Of a stretch of 60,342 nt of DNA, positions 1-9,218 are shown piece after piece. A model generated the notes under the pieces. It was not told the DNA's origin. It was given only the letters and a program-made list of their open reading frames with translations, and searched no databases. The stretch comes from a virus (lineage: Duplodnaviria > Caudoviricetes), in the IMG/VR virus record IMGVR_UViG_3300005613_000071, positions 1 through 60,342 of that record; one strand, 5' to 3'. Numbering within the stretch: position 1 is the stretch's first letter; each line of letters opens with the position of its first letter. Position numbers and translations under genes: made by a program.

Positions 1-123
1 CGCTCCGACTCCACCGAGTCATGTTGGTTGACGTGGGACCAACAGGATACTACCCAAGCATGGGACTACTTCCCCTTGTGTATGTCCTTGGTGGCTCGTG
101 TCTCCTCTGATGTCATGGACAAC
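1..123. repeat. Perfect 123-bp direct repeat, copy 1 (copy 2 at 59098..59220)
   Basis: Base-by-base identity from CGCTCCGACTCC to CATGGACAAC, then divergence. Confidence 0.9.
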
Positions 124-285
124 ACAGGCAAGTACACCTGCCATGAGACCAATATGTACCAACTCACGGAGTTCATCTCCTCGGTGTACTACCGCAACCA
201 CGCCTTCATTGACGTTGACGACTACGTGATGCACGCTTTCCGTATCCCCAAACCCAAGAACAATGACGAAGAAACAACTGATTGA
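1..285 (+). CDS. 3' part of early hypothetical protein (allele of 58783..59370), truncated by window start
   Basis: Frame open from base 1; nt 1-123 identical to 59098-59220; translation matches the C-terminus of 58783..59370. Confidence 0.75.
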   Translation, partial: RSDSTESCWLTWDQQDTTQAWDYFPLCMSLVARVSSDVMDNTGKYTCHETNMYQLTEFISSVYYRNHAFIDVDDYVMHAFRIPKPKNNDEETTD

Positions 286-454
286 TAGCCTGTCTGACTT
301 CAAGGACGACGACCTTGTTGTCATCATGGTGCATGACACCACGGCTCACGAGGACATCTACGACTTCTATGTAGATGCTGTATACCTCGACCCTTTGCAC
401 AACAACTGCGAATCAGAGATTCAATTAACCCTTATCAACCACAACAATGACTGA
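263..454 (+). CDS. Small early hypothetical protein (homolog of 59348..59575)
   Basis: MTKKQL...HDTT.HED.YDF shared with 59348..59575; overlaps upstream ORF in the same way. Confidence 0.7.
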   Translation: MTKKQLIDSLSDFKDDDLVVIMVHDTTAHEDIYDFYVDAVYLDPLHNNCESEIQLTLINHNND

Positions 455-671
455 AGAAACCTTATACGACCTCCGTCTCTACGTTAGCGACTGCTTCAAC
501 CACCGCGAATCATACACCGCAGACAGCGGATATATGCGACTCACCAAGCTGATGCAAGAAGAGTACGACCTCGACAACAACGACGTGGACGAGGTGGTAA
601 GCGAAATCGAAGAGCTTGTTGCCAAGTTTATCATGGAGAACTCACCAAAATTTACAGACAATGACGAATGA
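447..671 (+). CDS. Small acidic hypothetical protein
   Basis: 74-aa ORF tightly coupled to both neighbours. Confidence 0.65.
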   Translation: MTEETLYDLRLYVSDCFNHRESYTADSGYMRLTKLMQEEYDLDNNDVDEVVSEIEELVAKFIMENSPKFTDNDE

Positions 672-972
672 AGAATGGAGCACAAAGCTCAAGAAACACT
701 GGGAAGAATTGCCTGACCAAATCGAAACACCAATGACTAGTAAAGACATCCAAAACTACATCGAGAAAGACCTCGGCAAACCCCTACGTCACGATCCTGA
801 TATGCTCCTCGAAGCGACACAAGAAACCGCATCCGAATTTGAGCTTGACGAGTGGAGTGTGTTGCGGTTCATGTTAGCCGACGAACCCATAAAGTACAGC
901 CACAGCTATGGATTCCACACTGCATACGGCAGGGCTATCTGCGAACACTTCTCATTTATCTACGGCTCATGA
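661..972 (+). CDS. Hypothetical protein
   Basis: ATG at 661 overlapping upstream ORF end; phage-like codon usage. Confidence 0.65.
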   Translation: MTNEEWSTKLKKHWEELPDQIETPMTSKDIQNYIEKDLGKPLRHDPDMLLEATQETASEFELDEWSVLRFMLADEPIKYSHSYGFHTAYGRAICEHFSFIYGS

Positions 973-1157
973 TACGAGTACACGACATCATCAGTGCCAA
1001 CCCATACGACGGGGACTACCGCATCCGAGTAGAACACATCGAACGGGAAGCACCTGAAACTACACGACAACTACAAAAACATTTACAAACTTCACCACAA
1101 CCCAAGAGCGTAGTCATTGACTGCGTCAATTCAATCTTCAAAGCAACATTACAATGA
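969..1157 (+). CDS. Hypothetical protein
   Basis: ATGA overlaps at both ends. Confidence 0.55.
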   Translation: MIRVHDIISANPYDGDYRIRVEHIEREAPETTRQLQKHLQTSPQPKSVVIDCVNSIFKATLQ

Positions 1158-1381
1158 GCAAAGTCGACAAAGCCAAAATGGACAAATACATGTACAACCT
1201 GATTGAGGAAACACTCATAAGCCTGTGGAAACAGGGTAAGGTCGTTCGGTCATCCAACCCTGATACAAAGACGGGCGAGTACTACTACACCCAGCCATCC
1301 AAGGCCAAGGCCGCCACCAAAAACAGACCTGAATTGGGTGATTACCTGACCTACGAAGAATTCCAATCTCAAATTAACTAA
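1154..1381 (+). CDS. Hypothetical protein (possible winged-helix-like)
   Basis: 75-aa ORF, ATGA coupled; LWKQGKVVRS...GEYYY resembles a wHTH wing (weak). Confidence 0.6.
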   Translation: MSKVDKAKMDKYMYNLIEETLISLWKQGKVVRSSNPDTKTGEYYYTQPSKAKAATKNRPELGDYLTYEEFQSQIN

Positions 1382-1383
1382 TC

Positions 1384-2100
1384 ATGAATTCATTCCAAGA
1401 ATCTAAGAACGAACTCGAAGCGGCTATCCGCTACGCAGAGAACGCTATCTCCTCTGCCAGTGCTACCATCGAGTCGATGGAGTTCCGTCAAGAGATGGCC
1501 AAGAAGCAGTACGCAGAGCAGACGGGACGTGAGCAAGCCCTCCAAAATCAGGTCGATGAACTCAAGTCCGAGCTTGACAAGCTCCGCAAGGAGAAAGAAG
1601 CATCAAGCGGACCATGCGGATGCCAAGCATACCGCGACCTCGAAGAAGCACGTGGCCGTGCAGAGGGTGAGGTTGAATTGCTTCAGAGCTCTATCAAGCA
1701 GTTGGAGCGTGACCTCACCGTCAAGACATCCCAAGCGGAAGCGTGGAAGAAGGAGGCGCGAGAGCCCAAAGAGGGCGCACCTACTATGCCCGTCATCCCT
1801 AAGGACGTAGCCATCGCCATCTTCCGTGAGGGTGTGCAGTCAGGCATCAACGATGCTGTTGCTGAACTCGAAGGGCAGACCATCAATATCGAAGAGAGTG
1901 AATACTGCGGCGACTTCGAGGTGTCCTTTGCACGAGACATCGACCTCGACGACCACCTTGACCTCGACTGGATGCGAGACAAGGTTGGGCAGTACGAGGA
2001 GTCCTTCGTAGTAGATGCACTCAAGGGATTGTGTGCAGACAAGGAGTTCGAGTGCCGTATCCACGGAATCGACGACCAAGAAACAAAAGACAATGATTAA
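1384..2100 (+). CDS. Coiled-coil early protein (long allele of 59735..60307)
   Basis: Heptad-rich N-terminal half; near-identical to 59735..60307 with a ~43-aa insertion. Confidence 0.8.
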   Translation: MNSFQESKNELEAAIRYAENAISSASATIESMEFRQEMAKKQYAEQTGREQALQNQVDELKSELDKLRKEKEASSGPCGCQAYRDLEEARGRAEGEVELLQSSIKQLERDLTVKTSQAEAWKKEAREPKEGAPTMPVIPKDVAIAIFREGVQSGINDAVAELEGQTINIEESEYCGDFEVSFARDIDLDDHLDLDWMRDKVGQYEESFVVDALKGLCADKEFECRIHGIDDQETKDND

Positions 2101-2395
2101 ATACATCACCTCCCTCATCAGCCCCAGCAAGCCACAGCCTGAGCGCATGAGAAACAAGTTTGAAATCGTAAGTGAATACCCATGCGTCACTATCAAGATG
2201 CGAAGAGGCTTCTTCTTCATGCTTGTTCGTTGCGTAATCGTAGGGCAGGCAGAGATTCGAAGAACTTCAGACGAGCGTACGAAGATATCTAAGGCTATCG
2301 TAGACAGCATGTGGGAGATGCACCGAGAAGCAACACGAATGCAACATGAATCACAAACCAATAATCAGAAATGGAATCAAACCAAGCTGAATTAA
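2093..2395 (+). CDS. Hypothetical protein
   Basis: ATG at 2093 overlapping upstream ORF end. Confidence 0.55.
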   Translation: MIKYITSLISPSKPQPERMRNKFEIVSEYPCVTIKMRRGFFFMLVRCVIVGQAEIRRTSDERTKISKAIVDSMWEMHREATRMQHESQTNNQKWNQTKLN

Positions 2396-2532
2396 TCCTT
2401 AATATGTTCGTCTCCGAGTACGAACGATGGGAGGACTCACAGGCTCGACGCCCAGTCCGACCACCCAACTACGAAAAACTCGGACATAAAATGTTTGAAG
2501 CCTATAAAACCGCTAAGCACTATGGATACTGA
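2371..2532 (+). CDS. Small hypothetical protein (53 aa, MESNQAELIL...)
   Basis: Read manually; below ORF-track cutoff; fills gap in coupled operon. Confidence 0.5.
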   Translation: MESNQAELILNMFVSEYERWEDSQARRPVRPPNYEKLGHKMFEAYKTAKHYGY

Positions 2533-2656
2533 AAACGAAATCATCTACGGATACTTCCGCAACGGAGGCATCTTCGTAACCCCATCTCTTGAACTGGCGT
2601 GGAAGCGTCACACCCATGACGAACCCTTCATCGTATACGACCCATCAGATGAGTAA
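2522..2656 (+). CDS. Small hypothetical protein (44 aa, MDTENEIIYG...)
   Basis: Read manually; overlaps both neighbours. Confidence 0.5.
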   Translation: MDTENEIIYGYFRNGGIFVTPSLELAWKRHTHDEPFIVYDPSDE

Positions 2657-2996
2657 CGAAGACGCCATCAATCACATCAACGATTCATTCGACTTCGACT
2701 CTAAGGCTGTCACCTTGGCCCGCATGTTTGCTTTCGAGGACATCATAGAGTACGACATCATGGAGTGGGTAAAGATGCCCGTAAGCGCAGGTCTTGGCGA
2801 GTTCGTGGAGCACTGCCGTCAGGCTAATGAGATGGTGATACCAAAGTATACATCTCGCAAAACGTACGACCCCATAGATATGGAAGGTGCGCTTCACGAC
2901 CTGTCTGAAAAAATGGAGACGGTCATGATTGCGATGCAGGTGTATGCCGACATCCACTCAACTATGAGGGAAAAAATCCACGGGAAACTTGTTTAA
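2649..2996 (+). CDS. Hypothetical protein
   Basis: ATG at 2649 overlapping upstream ORF end. Confidence 0.65.
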   Translation: MSNEDAINHINDSFDFDSKAVTLARMFAFEDIIEYDIMEWVKMPVSAGLGEFVEHCRQANEMVIPKYTSRKTYDPIDMEGALHDLSEKMETVMIAMQVYADIHSTMREKIHGKLV

Positions 2997-3016
2997 TAGA
3001 ATCAAATCAACTAAAT

Positions 3017-3412
3017 TTGCAGACGAATCCACTTACATTTATCGACCAAGGTCACGAGGCTCTCCGCATGTATTGCGAAGCCATCGGGATCGACTACACA
3101 TCGTACGACAGGCACTTCAAGCAGACGCAACCGCGAATGGCTTTCGGTGTCGCACTTACGAAGCATATAGGTGACAGCCTCACCGCAGACGTGCTTGGTA
3201 AGGACAGAACAACAATCATACACTACAGACGCAAGCACGAGAACAACCTCGACTGGTGGGATGGGTATGAAACAATGTTCGAGACCGCAGAATACATCAT
3301 CGACTCATACTTCAATGAGATGGCTAAGGTCAACCGCATTGAGTACATCGACGAGATGATTAAGAAGTTAGTTAAAGAGAAAAATTCAGTTCAATCTCAA
3401 ATCAATGTCTAA
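3017..3412 (+). CDS. DnaA C-terminal (domain IV)-like HTH DNA-binding protein; true start may be downstream
   Basis: LTADVLGKDRTTIIHYRRK resembles the DnaA signature (GGRDHTTVLHA); TAAATTTG promoter box at 3012-3019 overlaps the listed start. Confidence 0.6.
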   Translation: MQTNPLTFIDQGHEALRMYCEAIGIDYTSYDRHFKQTQPRMAFGVALTKHIGDSLTADVLGKDRTTIIHYRRKHENNLDWWDGYETMFETAEYIIDSYFNEMAKVNRIEYIDEMIKKLVKEKNSVQSQINV

Positions 3413-3443
3413 TTACAATTTCAAGACCACAAATTATTTTTAA
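3405..3443 (+). pseudogene. Orphan 5' remnant of the annealase gene (MSNYNFKTTNYF*)
   Basis: Translation matches MSEYKFKVTN at 3970; sits directly before the GIY-YIG insertion. Confidence 0.65.
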
Positions 3444-3455
3444 GTAGAGGTTTAT

Positions 3456-3463
3456 TACCTTTG
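3456..3463 (+). promoter_or_regulatory. Bacteroidota -7 promoter box TACCTTTG
   Basis: Matches TAnnTTTG; 4 nt before ATG 3468. Confidence 0.7.
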
Positions 3464-3467
3464 CCAC

Positions 3468-3977
3468 ATGAATAAGTATTACGTTTATGGGATAATGAAC
3501 ACGGATAAAAAGCTCGTGTACATTGGTAAGGGGAGCCGAGCAAGAGTCTACAGGCAGGCGTTCAACATCAACGAAGATGCTGACTCCTTCTACTCGAATG
3601 GCGGGGACATCACGGAACTAATCACTTTCTTCCATGAAAGAGTATCTGAACGTGACGCTTTCGCACTTGAGAGACAGCTCATCGACGAGCACCTTGATAA
3701 AGGCTTTGACTTAATTAACCTTAGGCTAAATCACTCCAAGGATATGGAGTGGCGCCAAAAGATAAGCGAGTCAAACAAAGGAAAGCACAATCATTGGGGA
3801 GCGAACAACCCAAATAGGCAAAGGTGTTTATACACCGAGACCAATGAAGTGTTCGACACTCTCAAAGAGCTTTGCGACTCCAAAGGATTCAATTACTCTT
3901 CAGTAAAATCCTCGCTAAGCAGATTTAAGAAGACAAACAAACAAAATAAATACTCTAATTTAATTTCTTATGTCTGA
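3468..3977 (+). CDS. GIY-YIG family homing endonuclease with NUMOD-like DNA-binding region
   Basis: YYVYGI...VYIGKG...R motif; HSKDMEWRQKISESNKGK NUMOD3-like; AT-rich relative to flanks. Confidence 0.8.
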   Translation: MNKYYVYGIMNTDKKLVYIGKGSRARVYRQAFNINEDADSFYSNGGDITELITFFHERVSERDAFALERQLIDEHLDKGFDLINLRLNHSKDMEWRQKISESNKGKHNHWGANNPNRQRCLYTETNEVFDTLKELCDSKGFNYSSVKSSLSRFKKTNKQNKYSNLISYV

Positions 3978-4488
3978 ATACAAATTTAAGGTAACAAACA
4001 TTCGCGGTAAAAATTACGTCGAAGTCAACGAGCGTATCAAATTCTTTCGTCAGGAAGAGCAGTATAAAAACTGGGGTATTCTCACGGAGTTCCCAGTGCT
4101 TGACTCAGAGCAGTGCCTATGCTTGTGCACCATCACTACACCCGATGGTCAAATCGTAGCACAAGGCCACGCTCACGAGGAAAAGAGTTCATCTAACATC
4201 AACAAGACAAGCTATGTCGAAAACTGCGAGACCTCAGCCGTCGGACGTGCCTTGGCAATGCTCGGAATCGGAATCGACACGTCTATTGCATCAGCTAATG
4301 AAGTCTCAGACGCCATTGCTAAGCAAGACGCGAGTCCCTCTGCTCCGACAGAGAACATCATGGACAAAGCCGTGACGTACATCAAGGGGCAGTCCAATAA
4401 GCAGAAGGCTTTCGATAGCATCCTCACCAAGTATGGGGACCAGCTATCTGAGAAGCAAGTAGCAGGCCTCAAAAAGTTCGTGCGATGA
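3970..4488 (+). CDS. Phage ssDNA-annealing protein (Sak/Rad52-like)
   Basis: IRGKNYVEVNERI...GHAHE...SYVENCETSAVGRALAMLGIG motif; adjacent to nuclease and SSB-like genes. Confidence 0.7.
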   Translation: MSEYKFKVTNIRGKNYVEVNERIKFFRQEEQYKNWGILTEFPVLDSEQCLCLCTITTPDGQIVAQGHAHEEKSSSNINKTSYVENCETSAVGRALAMLGIGIDTSIASANEVSDAIAKQDASPSAPTENIMDKAVTYIKGQSNKQKAFDSILTKYGDQLSEKQVAGLKKFVR

Positions 4489-4781
4489 TTGGGTTGCTCG
4501 GCTTTATCTCAGGCATCCTCTCATCCATTGCAGTTGCCTCCATCGTGTACGAGCTTCGTGCTCGTCACGAAGGCAACTACGGAAACAAGTATGAAGAGTA
4601 CGTGCCGCAGATGTATCGAATGCGCTCTGGAGGTATGACCATCAGGGAGATTGCCAAGTATACAGGCATCCCCAAGTCCACCGTTCATCGATACTTGCAA
4701 GCTGTAGACCGAGGTCTTCACAGCTCATCAGATTACGAGGTGTCTGAGGATGGCTCGATTAAAAAGAAGCTCAATGATTAA
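4485..4781 (+). CDS. HTH protein with N-terminal hydrophobic segment
   Basis: GMTIREIAKYTGIPKSTVHRYL is a classic HTH; first ~22 aa hydrophobic. Confidence 0.7.
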   Translation: MIGLLGFISGILSSIAVASIVYELRARHEGNYGNKYEEYVPQMYRMRSGGMTIREIAKYTGIPKSTVHRYLQAVDRGLHSSSDYEVSEDGSIKKKLND

Positions 4782-5562
4782 CATCCCCGAAGCCCTGCAA
4801 GAGCGGTACAACAAGCCGCACCTTTCTTACTCGTCGCTGAAGGTGGCGCTCACCGACATGGCGAGGTTCGACCAATACATGAAAGGTGAGTTGAAGTTTG
4901 AGTCACCTGCCCTCGCCTTCGGGTCTCTCTACGATATGCTCTTGTTCGAGCGTGACAAAGCCTTCGATACCTACGCAGTAGTATCAGATGATGCTATCAT
5001 CGACAGGTGCTCTGACAAGACTCGCTCCTCTAAGCGACCGAAGCTTACGAAGGAGTACAAGGATATGCAGAAGTACCTCATCGAGGAGGCAAGCAAGCAG
5101 GGTAAGATGCTGTGCTCACCCGACGACTGGAAGCAAGCGAACGAGATGATCGACAGGCTCGAACGTTGCGGCCTCGTAAGTGACATGTTGTCCTCGGGCA
5201 AGTATCAAGTGGAGTTCAACGAAATGATTGGGCCCGTAAAGGTCAAAGGCTTTCTCGATTGCCTCGGCGACGGGTTCATCGTAGACTCCAAGTCCACTAA
5301 GGCTGTCGATAAATTCCGCTACAGCGTACGTGATTTCTGCTACGACATCCAAGCTTACATCTACTGCAAGGTGTTCGGTGTCAACAAGTTCTACTGGCTT
5401 GTGCAAGAGAAGACGTACCCGTATCTACCTGCAGTAGTAGAGTGTTCAGATGAAACCCTGTTCGCTGGAGAGATGAAGTTCAATGACGCTGTTGAGCGCA
5501 TCACGAACTTCCTCGAAGGCAACAAAGCACCTGACCAAGACTATGTACAATTCAAAGTTTGA
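4774..5562 (+). CDS. PD-(D/E)xK exonuclease (RecE/DUF3799-like)
   Basis: LSYSSLK, ALAFGS, KGFLD...IVDSKST, YDIQAYIY motifs. Confidence 0.8.
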   Translation: MINIPEALQERYNKPHLSYSSLKVALTDMARFDQYMKGELKFESPALAFGSLYDMLLFERDKAFDTYAVVSDDAIIDRCSDKTRSSKRPKLTKEYKDMQKYLIEEASKQGKMLCSPDDWKQANEMIDRLERCGLVSDMLSSGKYQVEFNEMIGPVKVKGFLDCLGDGFIVDSKSTKAVDKFRYSVRDFCYDIQAYIYCKVFGVNKFYWLVQEKTYPYLPAVVECSDETLFAGEMKFNDAVERITNFLEGNKAPDQDYVQFKV

Positions 5563-5640
5563 GTATGTATTGCTATGTGCTCTCCACATTTTGGCTTATC
5601 TTTCAATTTATTTTCTAATCTCAATTCTAATTAACAAATC

Positions 5641-5949
5641 ATGAGCGAACAGAAGTATGACTCCGTTCTCGTCGGCTGGGCTGACGAACCCAAGTACAAT
5701 GACAATGGCGAACTCCTCTCTTGGAACTTGCGCTTGAAGGACCACGAACTCAAGGACATGCTTGATCAATACGTCACCAAGCGTGACGAAGAAGGTCGAG
5801 GTGGCAACGTATACGTGACTCTCTTTATGAGCAAGAATGGCAAGGCGTGTGCCCGTGTGTTCAACCCGAGCAGCGAGGCCGCGAAGGAGAAGCGTCAACA
5901 GAAACAAGGGTCTAATGCAGAGCAAGAGTCTGCGGACTTGCCCTTCTAA
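5641..5949 (+). CDS. Probable single-stranded DNA-binding protein
   Basis: Small beta-rich protein with acidic tail ending ADLPF; located in recombination module. Confidence 0.6.
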   Translation: MSEQKYDSVLVGWADEPKYNDNGELLSWNLRLKDHELKDMLDQYVTKRDEEGRGGNVYVTLFMSKNGKACARVFNPSSEAAKEKRQQKQGSNAEQESADLPF

Positions 5950-6061
5950 ACCAGTAGGGCTTTACGCAGCTATCGAGTGGGGGCTGAGGAACATTAAGTT
6001 CCTTGGTCCCTTCTCTTTCTGTGGAAGTAAAGACGACATCAACCTGACATTTCACTGCATC

Positions 6062-6277
6062 ATGATTGACTACGACATCGACTTCAAAGTCTTTATACCC
6101 TCGTTTACAGAGAAGTACATCTGCATCATCATCCCGAACAAGAAAGGGGACAACAGCGTACTACTCACTCGTGACGATTGCAGTAGCGTTATGGGGAGCA
6201 AGGTCTCCATGCAGTGGATTGCCGACAAACTAAAAAAGAAATGGGAAATGAAGATCTCCCCAGCATCTATAGCTTGA
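6062..6277 (+). CDS. Hypothetical protein (start uncertain)
   Basis: In-frame ATG at 6062 inside ORF 5837..6277. Confidence 0.45.
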   Translation: MIDYDIDFKVFIPSFTEKYICIIIPNKKGDNSVLLTRDDCSSVMGSKVSMQWIADKLKKKWEMKISPASIA

Positions 6278-6501
6278 CTCTCGACATAGCTTACAAGAAG
6301 GGCAGTCGCATAATCAACAGGGATGCGTGGGCTATCAGCAGGTACGACACTCCTAATGAAATCATGGCCAACGACAGCAAGACTATGGACAGACTGAAGC
6401 TGGAGTTTTATGGCAAGACATACAAAGGTCAGAAGCACCTCATCATAAAGGGTGTTCGCAGCAAGAAGGTTGTGGGTAAAGTAAATCGAACAGCACTATG
6501 A
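6241..6501 (+). CDS. Hypothetical protein
   Basis: ORF coupled (ATGA) to downstream gene. Confidence 0.6.
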   Translation: MGNEDLPSIYSLTLDIAYKKGSRIINRDAWAISRYDTPNEIMANDSKTMDRLKLEFYGKTYKGQKHLIIKGVRSKKVVGKVNRTAL

Positions 6502-6806
6502 AACCATCTGAAAGACAAGAGGGCGGAGAGCATTACAACATGCCCATCCAACCCACTGAGTTCATCTTCAAGAACAACATCCCGTTCATCGAAGGTAACG
6601 TCATCAAGTATCTATGCAGACACCGCCAAAAGAATGGGGCGGAGGATATCCTAAAGGCCATTCATTACTTAGAACTAATCCTAGAATTCGAATACAATGA
6701 AAGTGACATTCTTCAAAGACGTCTTCGACAAGGACGCACCGCACCATGTCAACGTGATGACCGCCCTCGACAGAATCAAGACGGGCCAGTCGAAAACCAC
6801 GATTGA
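6498..6806 (+). CDS. DUF3310 family protein (T7 gp1.7/SaV-like)
   Basis: QEGGEHY...EGNVIKYLCRHRQKNGAEDILKAIHYLE motif. Confidence 0.8.
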   Translation: MKPSERQEGGEHYNMPIQPTEFIFKNNIPFIEGNVIKYLCRHRQKNGAEDILKAIHYLELILEFEYNESDILQRRLRQGRTAPCQRDDRPRQNQDGPVENHD

Positions 6807-8562
6807 TGCTGTACGATCGGGTGATAAGGACGCGAAGAAAAAACTTCCTGTCGTATGCTTTAGCGGTGAGTTTGCGTCACGTGCAGACGATGCTCTATTC
6901 GAGCACAGCGGACTCATTGTTCTGGACTTTGACCACATTGATGTTGACAAATCCAAGAGCGTACTTGCCACGGACAGCTATGTATTTGGGTGCTGGGTTT
7001 CACCGAGTGGTGATGGGCTCAAGGCTCTGGTAAGAGTCACCAATCCTGAGCGACACAGAGACCACTTCCGAGCCCTACGTACGTACTTCCACAAGCAATA
7101 CGACCTTGAGGTTGACGAGTCAGGCATCAACGAGTCTCGTGCATGCTTCGAGTCCTACGACCCAGAGCTAAGCCTCAACCCAGACTGCAAGAAGTTCGGG
7201 GCGTTTGCCACCGAGCGTAGCGAACAAGTGCAAGAGGCTAAGCGAGGAGAGTTCACGGACTACATGAAGCTCAACCTTGCAGCGCGTATGATACGCCAAG
7301 CAGATGACGGAGAGAAGCACGCAGCCCTACTGAAGTCTGCTAAGCTTGTGGGTGGGTACATCTCAGCAGGACGCATCGAAGAGGAGGAGGCTGTGCGCAT
7401 TCTCTTCCGCGAGATTTGCAAGCGTGATATCGACAGCGAGCAGGCGGCTATGACAACCATCCGTCAGGCTATCGAGGTAGGCAAGAACATGCCCATCCGC
7501 GAAGTCATAGACAATGAACAAGATGCACAGCGTGATCTGCTCATCAACGACGGAGACATGTCATTCATCTCATCCGATGACGAAGACTTCCGATGGATCG
7601 ACGACTACGCCAACGGCAAGATTCCTGTAGGCTTAGATACTGGTGACGACAAGCTAGACAACTACTTCCGTTACAAGAAGGAATTCGTTATCATGAATGG
7701 ACACTCGAACGTAGGTAAGACAACCTTCGCTCTTTACATGATGGTGAACTCAGCCGTGAGGCACGGGTGGAAATGGGTAGTGTACTCCTCGGAGAACCGC
7801 ACAGCCTCTCTGAAGATGTCTCTCATGCAGTTCGCGGTCAACAGGAAGATCGGGGACATGACGTATGAGCAGCGTCGGACGGCGTACAAGTGGGTGAACG
7901 AGCACTTCACAGTCATCAGCAACAACCAAGTGTACTCTTACTCAGACATCCTCGTCTTCCTTGAGAAGATCGTGCGTCAGCAGGAGTGTGATGCTGTGTT
8001 CGTGGATCCCTACAACAGTCTCAAGATTGAGCTTTCAGGCAATGGCAACTCTCACGACTACCATTACCAAGCTGCTTCAGAGTTCTTGACTTTCTCCAAT
8101 GCAAACAACGTAGCGGTGTGGCTTAATATGCACGCTGTCACCGAGGCTCAACGCCGCAAGGGTGATGACGGGTTGCCTGTAGCTCCGTATGCAGAGGACA
8201 CAGAGGGTGGTGGTAAGTTCGTGAACCGAGCAGACTGCTTCATCACGATACACCGCAAGGTGCAAGCCCCAGATCACAACATCAAGAAAACTACTGAGCT
8301 GCACATCAGAAAGGTGCGCGAGACAGAGACAGGAGGACAGCCTACACCTATCGACGACCCGATAACGTTCACAATGAACACATCGCACACAGCTTTCAGA
8401 ATCAACACGACAGGGAGCGAGCTGTTCCAAGGTGTTGACAAGCAGTTCGATAAGTACAAGCAGTTCAACATGCCCTCTAACAGTCTATTCTTAGAAAATT
8501 CCGCTGTAACTTCGCATAGTGAAGCGACAAAGCAAAGGAACTTCGAAGAAGAAGTCCGCTAA
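6697..8562 (+). CDS. Primase-helicase: BT4734/VirE-N-like prim-pol N-terminus fused to a DnaB-like SF4 helicase
   Basis: KKKLP...FSG, SGLIVLDFD, SPSGDGLK prim-pol motifs; Walker A GHSNVGKT; Walker B VFVDPY. Confidence 0.85.
   Translation: MKVTFFKDVFDKDAPHHVNVMTALDRIKTGQSKTTIDAVRSGDKDAKKKLPVVCFSGEFASRADDALFEHSGLIVLDFDHIDVDKSKSVLATDSYVFGCWVSPSGDGLKALVRVTNPERHRDHFRALRTYFHKQYDLEVDESGINESRACFESYDPELSLNPDCKKFGAFATERSEQVQEAKRGEFTDYMKLNLAARMIRQADDGEKHAALLKSAKLVGGYISAGRIEEEEAVRILFREICKRDIDSEQAAMTTIRQAIEVGKNMPIREVIDNEQDAQRDLLINDGDMSFISSDDEDFRWIDDYANGKIPVGLDTGDDKLDNYFRYKKEFVIMNGHSNVGKTTFALYMMVNSAVRHGWKWVVYSSENRTASLKMSLMQFAVNRKIGDMTYEQRRTAYKWVNEHFTVISNNQVYSYSDILVFLEKIVRQQECDAVFVDPYNSLKIELSGNGNSHDYHYQAASEFLTFSNANNVAVWLNMHAVTEAQRRKGDDGLPVAPYAEDTEGGGKFVNRADCFITIHRKVQAPDHNIKKTTELHIRKVRETETGGQPTPIDDPITFTMNTSHTAFRINTTGSELFQGVDKQFDKYKQFNMPSNSLFLENSAVTSHSEATKQRNFEEEVR
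8507..8514 (+). promoter_or_regulatory. -7-like promoter box TAACTTCG
   Basis: One mismatch to TAnnTTTG; 4 nt before GTG 8519. Confidence 0.5.
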
Positions 8563-9031
8563 GAAAAGGGAGTTAGGTAAGTATAAGAGTGGATTGGAAA
8601 AGACATGTGCTAACCTTCTCGCTGAATCGGGGCTAAGTTTTGCCTACGAGGAACGTGAGTACGAGATCCTCCCCAAGTTTAACTACCCCCAGACGTATTG
8701 GAAGATGACCCCTAAATCCAAGGGGCTTATCGACAAGACAGACAAGGTGGTTCTCCCAATCAAATACACTCCTGATTTCGTAGCTAAAGACGGGAGCTGG
8801 ATCATAGAGACCAAAGGGTTTATTCATTCTCACCACGACTTCCCCATGAGGTGGAAGCTGTTCATGGATTACCTGATAAAACTAAACGAGCCGCTCCCGA
8901 TGTTATTCATTTGCCGTAACAGGCAGCAGATAGAAGAAGCCATCCAAATAATAAAATCAAATGGACAAAAAACAAATACCCATCGAAGAGCTGGGTCGCG
9001 TGTACGGGGTAGCCGTAAGCAGGATGTATGA
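8519..9031 (+). CDS. T7 endonuclease I-like nuclease (Holliday junction resolvase)
   Basis: YKSGLE...YE...YTPDF...IETKG motif set. Confidence 0.8.
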   Translation: MKRQSKGTSKKKSAKKRELGKYKSGLEKTCANLLAESGLSFAYEEREYEILPKFNYPQTYWKMTPKSKGLIDKTDKVVLPIKYTPDFVAKDGSWIIETKGFIHSHHDFPMRWKLFMDYLIKLNEPLPMLFICRNRQQIEEAIQIIKSNGQKTNTHRRAGSRVRGSRKQDV

Positions 9032-9218
9032 GGTCATAACAAATTACAGTGAAGACCTGTACACACAGAATGGCAAACCCAAAGAGGATCCTGGACAGGT
9101 GTCACGAGTCTTAGACTCTATGGTGTCTAAGCTCAGGCACGAAGCCAGCCTTATACGAGACGCCTCTTACGAATATTGGGAAGCAAATGCAAAGCCAGAA
9201 GAGAAGGAGTTATTCTAA
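8961..9218 (+). CDS. Hypothetical protein
   Basis: 85-aa ORF within replication operon. Confidence 0.6.
   Translation: MDKKQIPIEELGRVYGVAVSRMYEVITNYSEDLYTQNGKPKEDPGQVSRVLDSMVSKLRHEASLIRDASYEYWEANAKPEEKELF

Noticed and set aside
1-2100. Diverged repeat pair as DGR template/variable repeats
   Set aside because: Differences are not adenine-specific, include indels and synonymous changes, and no reverse transcriptase ORF is present
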